IMG/VR virus record: IMGVR_UViG_2778261176_000002
Coordinates: 1 to 5,698 of that record
Direction: 5' to 3' (one strand)
Source of the DNA: a virus
Lineage: Duplodnaviria; Heunggongvirae; Uroviricota; Caudoviricetes
Length of the DNA: 5,698 nt
Shown: positions 1-4,814 of the stretch, piece by piece
Layout: every line of letters starts with the position of its first letter
How positions within the stretch are numbered: the stretch's first letter is position 1
Translations under genes and position numbers: made by a program
Notes under the pieces: generated by a model
Told to the model about the DNA's origin: nothing
Seen by the model: the letters and a program-made list of their open reading frames with translations, nothing else
Database searches by the model: none

Positions 1-745
1 TCTCGCGCGGATTTGCAGGACTGGTGATGTTCTTGCCGAACATGCAGCCTTTCGCCGTCAGCGACCAGAATTTTTTGATGTTGTTAATCGCGGTACGGCT
101 GTATCGTTCGCGCTGCTCGACGATCCCCAGCTTCACCATCTGGTGATATGCCTGATTAGCCGTAAGGCGGATACCATACTGTTTCAGCAGTGCACTCAGC
201 GACAGCGTAGGGCGACTTGAGCCATCAGGCGCGTCAGCAGGAGCATCAATGGCATAGCGCGGTGCCAGATTCGGTAAGCCAACAGCCTCCTGGAGTTTCT
301 GACAGGCACCAAGCACTGAAGAGTTAGACAGGTTTAATTCCCGGCGCATAAAGTCCAGCAGAATCACACCAGCCTGCATCTTGTCAGCAGCCTGCCCGGA
401 TAATTTTTCCGGTGCGCTGGTTACCATATCGAAAGTACGGATCACCTTCAGATGGAATGCCGGGCTGATCCACATTGTATAGGCATACACCAGTTCCTTG
501 CAGACATACGTTCCCCGTTCATTTCCCCCATGAATCACACTCACCGGGTCAACACCCAAATTCTGGGTGTTGGTCAATTCATGAACAAGCTCAACAGTTT
601 GTTGGCTGGAAAGAAACTTTCCTGGCTCCTTGGTTCTGGCATTTGCACCAGATGCTACTGCTGCGCGATGCAGATCGTTCAGGCTGTAACGCCCATAAGC
701 ATCACGACGAACTTCAATACCATCAATGACCATCAGATTATTCAT
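1..745 (-). CDS. KilA-N domain protein (antirepressor/Bro-like); partial, C-terminus lies beyond the left window edge
   Basis: Hand-translated minus-strand frame starting at ATG 745-743 (MNNLMVIDGIEVRRDAYGRYSLNDLHRAAVASGANARTKEPGKFLSSQQTVELVHELT...GTYVCKELVYAYTMWISPAFHLKVIRTFD...) is open to position 1. The N-terminal ~110 aa fit the KilA-N DNA-binding domain pattern. A GAGGAG Shine-Dalgarno lies 8 nt upstream of the ATG. Not in the ORF track because the frame has no stop inside the window. Confidence 0.7.
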   Translation of the reverse strand, partial: MNNLMVIDGIEVRRDAYGRYSLNDLHRAAVASGANARTKEPGKFLSSQQTVELVHELTNTQNLGVDPVSVIHGGNERGTYVCKELVYAYTMWISPAFHLKVIRTFDMVTSAPEKLSGQAADKMQAGVILLDFMRRELNLSNSSVLGACQKLQEAVGLPNLAPRYAIDAPADAPDGSSRPTLSLSALLKQYGIRLTANQAYHQMVKLGIVEQRERYSRTAINNIKKFWSLTAKGCMFGKNITSPANPRE

Positions 746-764
746 ACTTCGTTTCTCCTCTTAA

Positions 765-1154
765 TCAGGCGGCTGCACCCGCCGTTTTCTCGTACTTACT
801 GATAGTGATCTCGACCTTCCCTTCCGGGATAACCGGTCCCCACTCCACCAGCATTCTTTTCACCTGACTGTCGTCTTCCCACACACCCGCGTGGGTCAGG
901 GCGTCAAACAGCGCCTTGTTATAGTTGTCCAGATCGCGGATCCGGTTATCCGGAGGAAACAACACGATCTCCACTGAAGCAGGTGCCGACGTTGGTTTTG
1001 GCAGACGACGTAACTGCTCAACTATTGCTGCACACGCCGCGCTCTGGAATTTGCGCCCCGCCGCGCTTATCAGGCTCTTACCAGCAAACGCCCCTTTGTT
1101 GGGGTGTCGCCAGTACGTGTTCACGCTGGGCGGGAAAGGCAGGATCAGCTTCAT
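765..1154 (-). CDS. rusA: RusA-family Holliday junction resolvase (crossover junction endodeoxyribonuclease)
   Basis: 129 aa ORF MKLILPFPPSVNTYWRH...RIRDLDNYNKALFDALTHAGVWEDDSQV... shows the N-terminal PxxNxxYR-like motif and the acidic RDLDN / DAL..AG.W.DD core typical of RusA. AGGGAGA Shine-Dalgarno upstream. Its ATG (1154-1152) overlaps a TGA at 1153-1151. Confidence 0.85.
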   Translation of the reverse strand: MKLILPFPPSVNTYWRHPNKGAFAGKSLISAAGRKFQSAACAAIVEQLRRLPKPTSAPASVEIVLFPPDNRIRDLDNYNKALFDALTHAGVWEDDSQVKRMLVEWGPVIPEGKVEITISKYEKTAGAAA

Positions 1155-1222
1155 GCCACCATCTCCCTGACCAGTTTTTCTGCCTGCTGGCGAACCTGCG
1201 CCAGAAAGGCCTCACCACATGC

Positions 1223-1804
1223 CTAAAGTTCATCGCGCCCGATGTAGCTGATTGCCGGTCCCTTCCAAGTCTTGTCAAAAACAGCAATAGCACCAGCGAA
1301 GAAAGCGCCTGTCGGCACCTGCTTCTCATCTTTCGGGATAAACCAGGCAGGCAGTTCAAAACCAATACGCCCGCGAATAAAAGCAATATGATCTGCATCT
1401 TCCGGCCACCACACTTCGCTGGTGGCAGCTTTGATCAGGAAAACATAGCGCCCGCCCTTATCACGCATGGCACTGGCATGCTTCATGATGTAACGCATGC
1501 CGGTGATGTATTGCCCCTCATGCTGACTGGCGCGACTGTATGGTGGATTGCCAAAGGCAGCACCTTTAAGCTCCGCAAGGCGTTCTGACCAGTCACGCGC
1601 CAGCGCGTTGTCTTCCGCCGTGTAATACGCGGCACATTTGGCATTATCACCGTCAGTGAACAGATCCAGAACAAATGGGCCAAACAAGGTGTTAATTCCC
1701 CAGAAAATGCTGTCCGGCGTGCGCCACTGATCGCCCACCTCCTTCAGTTCATGGGATGGTTTGTTCCGCAGCTCCACCAGCGCCTGACAATATTTATTAC
1801 TCAT
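1223..1804 (-). CDS. Phage Dam-type DNA N6-adenine methyltransferase
   Basis: Same frame as track ORF 1223..1849, but started at ATG 1804 (MSNKYCQALVELRNK...) rather than the upstream GTG. Contains the N6-adenine MTase motif IV NPPY (AFGNPPYS). Ends at TAG 1225-1223. A GGGGGC Shine-Dalgarno-like stretch precedes the ATG. Confidence 0.8.
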   Translation of the reverse strand: MSNKYCQALVELRNKPSHELKEVGDQWRTPDSIFWGINTLFGPFVLDLFTDGDNAKCAAYYTAEDNALARDWSERLAELKGAAFGNPPYSRASQHEGQYITGMRYIMKHASAMRDKGGRYVFLIKAATSEVWWPEDADHIAFIRGRIGFELPAWFIPKDEKQVPTGAFFAGAIAVFDKTWKGPAISYIGRDEL

Positions 1805-1896
1805 TAAGCCCCCACGTAAAAAGCATCCGCAATGTCTCCGGAAGTACACCCCGGATGGGCTTCAATGAATTTCTGAACTTCATTCAAAAGACTCAT
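1804..1896 (-). CDS. Hypothetical 30-aa mini-protein (MSLLNEVQKFIEAHPGCTSGDIADAFYVGA)
   Basis: ATG at 1896-1894 lies 2 nt after the initiator stop (TGA 1901-1899) and is preceded by AGGGGGTGA with 5-nt spacing. Its TAA stop (1806-1804) overlaps the methyltransferase ATG as TAATG. Too short for the ORF track; coding status is inferred from coupling and the RBS only. Confidence 0.35.
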   Translation of the reverse strand: MSLLNEVQKFIEAHPGCTSGDIADAFYVGA

Positions 1897-1898
1897 GA

Positions 1899-2840
1899 TC
1901 ACCCCCTGAATCCTGCCGGGATCTGGCTGTAGTCCACGTTGTCGTAACTGGCTTTGAAGTACGGATCTTCGCGTTTTTCTGTGTACGTGCTGACGGACGG
2001 CGATAAGCGCAGGGAAAGCTCATCCCATTTTTCCCGCAGCTTCGACGGGCTGAGCACGTTACGGCACCAGAACGGATCGCGGCTGACGCGGCTGTACATC
2101 TCGCAGATTTGTTTGTGAGTACGACCATCCTGCACACACATCAGGCGAATTTCGTTTGCCCAGGCTGTCCAGTTCGGTTCTTTGGGACGAACCACCTCGC
2201 CGTCACATTCGGCAGCCTGCTCGTACAGGGCGATGATTTTTTTCCAGAGCCACTGTGCGCAGGTCAAATCATCCTGCGTTCCCCACTGGCGCTTTTTAGG
2301 GCTGAATACAACCGCATCAGGATGGCGAGTTAAAAAATCCTGTTCAGCCTTCTGCGTGTCCGGTTGCGAAGCGCCCGGACGAGAAGGTTTTTTATCTGAC
2401 GGATCATGTTTTGATTTTACTGACGGATCCCCGCCAGATTCTGACGGGTGAAAACCCGCTTTTTTGCCAGATTTCGACGCATCAAATTTTGACGGGTCAG
2501 ATTTTGATGCGTCAGATTTTGACGGGTCAGAATCTGACAGTTGAGAAAATGCCGCTGCCTGAAGCTTCGCAACGTTAAGCTGATAAACATTCGACGCATT
2601 GCGGTTACCCTGGCGACGCGCCTTACGCGTTAACCAGCCTTCTGCTTCCAGCCGTGCGATAGCCGTTCTGACGGTACTCATCCCCGCGCCAATCTGGCGG
2701 GCAATGGTTTCAATTGATGGCCAGCACACACCTTCGTCATTACTGAAATCAGCCAGGCGGGCCATAATTGCTACGCTGGATAATTTCATGCCTGACGCTG
2801 CGCAACCATCCCATACATAGCCGGTTAATTTAGTGCTCAT
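1899..2840 (-). CDS. Phage replication initiation protein (lambda O-like role): N-terminal winged-HTH, low-complexity linker, DnaT/primosome-like C-terminal domain
   Basis: 313 aa ORF. N-terminus [13 protein letters not shown]...SIETIARQIGAGMSTVRTAIARLEAEGWL reads as a wHTH. The central linker (SDSDPSKSDASKSDPSKFDASKSG...) is encoded by an iteron-like repeat array. GAGG Shine-Dalgarno 6 nt upstream of ATG 2840. Confidence 0.8.
   Translation of the reverse strand: MSTKLTGYVWDGCAASGMKLSSVAIMARLADFSNDEGVCWPSIETIARQIGAGMSTVRTAIARLEAEGWLTRKARRQGNRNASNVYQLNVAKLQAAAFSQLSDSDPSKSDASKSDPSKFDASKSGKKAGFHPSESGGDPSVKSKHDPSDKKPSRPGASQPDTQKAEQDFLTRHPDAVVFSPKKRQWGTQDDLTCAQWLWKKIIALYEQAAECDGEVVRPKEPNWTAWANEIRLMCVQDGRTHKQICEMYSRVSRDPFWCRNVLSPSKLREKWDELSLRLSPSVSTYTEKREDPYFKASYDNVDYSQIPAGFRG
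2394..2540. repeat. Iteron-like direct repeat array inside the initiator gene; putative phage origin of replication
   Basis: About eight copies of a TGACGG(G/A)TCA-type motif at ~15-16 bp periodicity. The best units are three tandem 15-mers ATTTTGA(C/T)G(G/C)GTCAG at 2486-2530, plus ATTTCGACGCATCAA at 2471-2485 and degenerate copies at 2394-2456. The core TCTGAC-GG-GTCAGA is itself a dyad. Placement inside the initiator linker mirrors ori-lambda inside gene O. Confidence 0.6.
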
Positions 2841-3009
2841 GACCGACCTCTATTTCCCTGAATTTACGACGAAACTGTTCGAGCGGACTGAAGCACTCAT
2901 GCTCATAGCCTTCGCGGAGGTAGATAACCCGTTGTGTTTCCGGCTCCCAACGAATGACTCTGACGGGCACTCCGTAGTGATCTTTGAACCAGCGGTTAAC
3001 TTGTTGCAA
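2830..3009 (-). CDS. Hypothetical small protein (59 aa, TTG start): (M)[58 protein letters not shown]
   Basis: Found by hand-translating the minus strand in the frame offset from track ORF 2850..3188. Strongly protein-like sequence. AAGGAG Shine-Dalgarno at 3023-3018 sits 8 nt upstream of TTG 3009-3007. TAA stop at 2832-2830 overlaps the initiator start by 11 nt. No ATG in this frame downstream of the TGA at 3039-3037. Confidence 0.4.
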   Translation of the reverse strand: MQQVNRWFKDHYGVPVRVIRWEPETQRVIYLREGYEHECFSPLEQFRRKFREIEVGHEH

Positions 3010-3188
3010 AGGACTGTCTCCTTCTGCCGGTTGAAATCACCCACAGCCCACTCTGCAAAGCTGTGGGTTACAATTTCCCTGTCACCTGGTACATTCACTG
3101 CATAGCAATACTCCACCTTCGCTTTTCCACCCGGCACAGGAAGCGCAATCAGTTGCGAGCGACGGTAGTGTGTTGTTAAACTGTTCAT
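2850..3188 (-). CDS. Hypothetical protein in the frame coupled to the cII-like gene; likely genuine only in its N-terminal part (about 3188 to 3040)
   Basis: ATG 3188-3186 overlaps the cII-like stop as ATGA; GGAGAA lies ~10 nt upstream. The N-terminal ~50 aa ([52 protein letters not shown]) look protein-like. The C-terminal part (…[24 protein letters not shown]) looks like an out-of-frame read of feature 2830-3009. Confidence 0.3.
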   Translation of the reverse strand: MNSLTTHYRRSQLIALPVPGGKAKVEYCYAVNVPGDREIVTHSFAEWAVGDFNRQKETVLCNKLTAGSKITTECPSESFVGSRKHNGLSTSAKAMSMSASVRSNSFVVNSGK

Positions 3189-3826
3189 GCGTTAGTTTCT
3201 CCACAACCAGAAGCAATCGACGCCACGACGCCCGGAGCTGCACACTCGCGGGCGTTACTCTTTTCCGGCGCACAAAAAACACGAAATAACAGTGTTAAAT
3301 GCTCCTGCCACTTCGCCATTACTTGGTAGCTGTTCTCTTCGATTTGCTCACGCTCAGCCTGATCAATAACTCCATCAGCAGTTGCCTTACGTAAGTACTG
3401 GGAATGCTTGCCAATCCATTCTATTGACTCCATCAGCCGCTGATTAATGTCACCATTGTCAATGTCATCAATGACCACCAGCGGCACAAACACCCCATTA
3501 CTACGACGGGCTATTGCATCCGTTACATGCCTGGTACCACTGGCATCCTGTAAAACCATGGCCCACTCGAGTGGAAAAATTTGATCCCCACCGCTACGCA
3601 GTCTGTTATGCAATTGATCTTTTGCTGGGGTGATATCATCAGATTTATACAAACCAAGAATTTCTGCTGCTTCCTCATAGCCATGAGGTAAATCAGCAAT
3701 CGTTCTTCGTATTGCTGCCACCAGCCATGCTGGCTGTTTATCAACTTTCCATTCAGGTTCTTTACCCACGTTTAAGTCCTCATATCTGTGGTTTCTGTAA
3801 ATCGATTTATCCATTAGATTTTTCAT
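3185..3826 (-). CDS. cII-like lysogeny-establishment regulator (possibly Phage_CP76 / cII-type family)
   Basis: Same frame as track ORF 3185..3883, started at ATG 3826 ([13 protein letters not shown]...); ATG 3814 is an alternative. Sits immediately after the cro-like gene, overlapping its stop, which is the cII position in lambdoid phages. The central segment [24 protein letters not shown] resembles, from memory, the conserved F-P-E-W-L-D block of CP76-type CII proteins; this was not verified by search. No good Shine-Dalgarno, so start may depend on coupling to cro. Confidence 0.55.
   Translation of the reverse strand: MKNLMDKSIYRNHRYEDLNVGKEPEWKVDKQPAWLVAAIRRTIADLPHGYEEAAEILGLYKSDDITPAKDQLHNRLRSGGDQIFPLEWAMVLQDASGTRHVTDAIARRSNGVFVPLVVIDDIDNGDINQRLMESIEWIGKHSQYLRKATADGVIDQAEREQIEENSYQVMAKWQEHLTLLFRVFCAPEKSNARECAAPGVVASIASGCGETNA
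3190..3266 (+). ncRNA. Putative oop-like antisense RNA covering the 3' end of the cII-like gene
   Basis: Candidate sigma70 promoter on the + strand: TTGCGA (3153-3158), 18-nt spacer, TAAACT (3177-3182). The predicted start is near the cII-like stop and a + strand intrinsic terminator lies at 3228-3266, giving a ~75-nt transcript antisense to the last ~80 nt of the cII-like gene. This matches the lambda pO/oop arrangement. Hexamers are weak (4/6 each). Confidence 0.3.
3228..3266 (+). terminator. Rho-independent terminator-like hairpin with U-rich tail on the + strand (antisense, inside the cII-like coding region)
   Basis: Stem ACGCCCG+GAG (3228-3237) pairs with CTC+G+CGGGCGT (3245-3255) with one bulge; 7-nt loop; followed by TACTCTTTTCC. 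The reverse complement on the minus strand has no U tract, so the element is + strand specific. Confidence 0.4.
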
Positions 3827-4007
3827 AAAGCTCAGGTTTAAATGGCAACCGTCCGCAAGTTCTATATGCAGCCTCTGCTGCACGTCCTTTTGGAATTAAC
3901 TGGCCAGGACGGTTTCGCCACTGATAAACGGCTTCAGTTGTTATGCCGAAAAAAGCAGCAACTTTCTCAATGCTGCCGAAGTAGCTTTCGATATCGTCAG
4001 TCGTCAT
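3807..4007 (-). CDS. cro: Cro-like HTH repressor (YdaS/Cro family)
   Basis: 66 aa ORF divergent from cI. HTH segment SIEKVAAFFGITTEAVYQWRNRPGQLIPKGRAAEAAYRTCG matches the Cro/YdaS-type pattern. GGAGGG Shine-Dalgarno 4 nt upstream of ATG 4007-4005. Confidence 0.8.
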   Translation of the reverse strand: MTTDDIESYFGSIEKVAAFFGITTEAVYQWRNRPGQLIPKGRAAEAAYRTCGRLPFKPELYEKSNG

Positions 4008-4018
4008 ATGCCCTCCAA

Positions 4019-4035
4019 ACTAAGTTTTGTTAGAT
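4019..4035. promoter_or_regulatory. Operator-like dyad ACTAAGTTTTGTTAGAT (CTAA-N7-TTAG)
   Basis: 17-mer differing at only 2 positions from the site at 4797-4813 on the other side of cI. Overlaps the -10/+1 region of the candidate cro promoter. Confidence 0.5.
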
Positions 4036-4067
4036 CTTAATTATCAATCTATCTTAGGTCAATAAAA

Positions 4068-4083
4068 ACTAAGATTACTTAGT
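4068..4083. promoter_or_regulatory. Operator-like dyad ACTAAGATTACTTAGT
   Basis: Perfect 6-bp inverted arms ACTAAG / CTTAGT around a 4-bp centre; same CTAA-N7-TTAG geometry as the other sites. Lies just upstream of the candidate pR -35. Confidence 0.5.
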
Positions 4084-4104
4084 AATTAAAGAAATGGTGC
4101 TCCT

Positions 4105-4731
4105 ATGGAAACAGTTGGTCAGCGTATAAAAGCTCTGAGAAGGGTTACCAGAACGTCCCAGAAAGAATTGGGTAAATTTTGTGGAGTAAGTGACGTTGCT
4201 GTGGGGTACTGGGAGAAAGACATCAATGTCCCTGGTGGGGAAGCACTTTCAAAATTAGCGAAGTTCTTCAATACGTCAATAGATTACATTCTTTATGGTG
4301 CTGAGTTTGAAGGCAAACTCGTCACAAACATGCGCAGAGTTCCTGTAATCTCGTGGGTGCAGGCTGGGCAGTTTACTGAGTGCAGGACAGCAGAAGTGTT
4401 TAGTGAAGTAGACAAGTGGGTAGATACATCATTAAAGATTGGTGATAACTCATTTGCATTGGAGGTTAAAGGCGACTCCATGACTAACCCTAATGGCCTC
4501 CCAACAATACCAGAAGGCGCAACAGTGATTGTAGATCCTGATGCAGAACCCCGGCATGGAAAAATAGTCATCGCTAGACTTGATGGAACAAACGAAGCCA
4601 CAGTAAAAAAATTAGTTATCGATGGCCCTCAAAAGTTTTTAGTGCCATTAAATCCCCGGTACCCCAACATCCCGATCAATGGTAATTGCCTCATCATTGG
4701 TGTAGTCAAAGGAGTTCAATACGAACTCTAG
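4105..4731 (+). CDS. cI: CI-type prophage repressor: N-terminal XRE-family HTH, C-terminal S24 (LexA-like) autopeptidase domain
   Basis: 208 aa. HTH: TSQKELGKFCGVSDVAVGYWEK. Ala-Gly cleavage-site context VQAGQF. Ser nucleophile in KGDSMTNP and general-base Lys in ATVKKLV, all spaced as in LexA / lambda CI. Divergent from the cro-like gene. Confidence 0.9.
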   Translation: METVGQRIKALRRVTRTSQKELGKFCGVSDVAVGYWEKDINVPGGEALSKLAKFFNTSIDYILYGAEFEGKLVTNMRRVPVISWVQAGQFTECRTAEVFSEVDKWVDTSLKIGDNSFALEVKGDSMTNPNGLPTIPEGATVIVDPDAEPRHGKIVIARLDGTNEATVKKLVIDGPQKFLVPLNPRYPNIPINGNCLIIGVVKGVQYEL

Positions 4732-4751
4732 CTCCCCCTTTTCTCTAACCA

Positions 4752-4781
4752 AAACACCGAACTAAGAAAAGTTTGGTGTTT
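4752..4781. repeat. Inverted repeat AAACACCGAACT-aagaaa-AGTTTGGTGTTT immediately downstream of cI
   Basis: 12-bp arms with one G/T mismatch (G-U in RNA) and a 6-nt loop, 21 nt after the cI stop. Contains a CTAAG half-site. AT-rich stem and poor U-tract make it an atypical terminator; it could equally be a protein-binding dyad. Confidence 0.4.
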
Positions 4782-4785
4782 CCTC

Positions 4786-4814
4786 TTGCTATTAAAACTA
4801 AGTTAAGTTAGATT
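4786..4814 (+). promoter_or_regulatory. pL-like early promoter candidate: -35 TTGCTA, 17-bp spacer, -10 TAGATT
   Basis: Hexamers at 4786-4791 and 4809-4814 on the + strand, pointing into the gene at 4920. The spacer and -10 are overlapped by the operator-like 17-mer at 4797-4813. Confidence 0.4.
4797..4813. promoter_or_regulatory. Operator-like dyad ACTAAGTTAAGTTAGAT (oL analogue)
   Basis: 15 of 17 positions identical to the site at 4019-4035. Located downstream of cI where the lambda-type map places oL/pL. Confidence 0.5.

Larger units (their letters stand above)
4008..4104. promoter_or_regulatory. Divergent cI / cro promoter-operator region (oR/pR/pRM analogue)
   Basis: 97-bp AT-rich intergenic region between divergent repressor genes, with repeated CTAAG/CTTAG half-sites. 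Candidate minus-strand pR: -35 TTGACC (complement of 4057-4062), 17-bp spacer, -10 TAAGAT (complement of 4034-4039). No convincing hexamers for the cI promoter were found. Confidence 0.6.

Noticed and set aside
452-1588. + strand ORFs 452..802, 475..729, 925..1170 and 983..1588
   Set aside because: All lie antisense to the KilA-N, rusA and methyltransferase genes, whose products have recognisable motifs. The translations are Cys/His/Arg-rich and not protein-like.
1805-1849. Upstream GTG start at 1849 for the methyltransferase (208-aa version)
   Set aside because: The 15-aa extension MYFRRHCGCFLRGGL is not protein-like and overlaps the better-supported mini-ORF. ATG 1804 with a Shine-Dalgarno is the more likely start.
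1078-2137. Minus-strand ORFs 1078..1398, 1483..1683 and 1880..2137
   Set aside because: Alternative frames nested inside or overlapping the rusA, methyltransferase and initiator genes, with low-complexity Arg/Cys-rich translations.
2417-2599. Minus-strand 60-aa ORF with LTRQNLTHQNLTRQNL repeats, and possible CRISPR-like repeats
   Set aside because: The peptide repeats are just an out-of-frame read of the iteron DNA repeats. The repeats are 15-bp tandem units with no unique spacers, so this is not a CRISPR array.
2109-2820. + strand ORFs 2109..2333, 2182..2451 and 2599..2820
   Set aside because: Antisense to the initiator gene; no ribosome-binding sites or recognisable features.
2833-3105. 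+ strand ORF of 90 aa ([11 protein letters not shown]...) antisense to the small minus-strand genes
   Set aside because: Codon-for-codon antisense shadow of the minus-strand frame ending at 2830. It has no Shine-Dalgarno, starts on the palindromic CATG of the initiator start, and runs against the operon direction. A real antisense gene cannot be fully excluded.
3082-3282. Minus-strand 66-aa ORF ([22 protein letters not shown]...)
   Set aside because: Out-of-frame overlap of the cII-like 3' end; arginine-rich and not protein-like. It is the upstream continuation of the second frame before the TGA at 3039-3037.
3523-4033. Minus-strand ORF 3523..3744 and + strand ORF 3842..4033
   Set aside because: Embedded in or antisense to the cII-like and cro-like genes; no independent support.
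4293-4601. Minus-strand 102-aa ORF inside cI
   Set aside because: Antisense to the well-supported repressor gene; Ser/Thr-rich low-complexity translation.
4781-4800. Possible boxA-like nut element (CCTCTTGCT) upstream of the pL-side gene
   Set aside because: Only a partial resemblance to the CGCTCTTA consensus and no adjacent boxB-type hairpin with a 5-nt GAAAA/GAAGA loop, so an N-type antitermination site is not supported.
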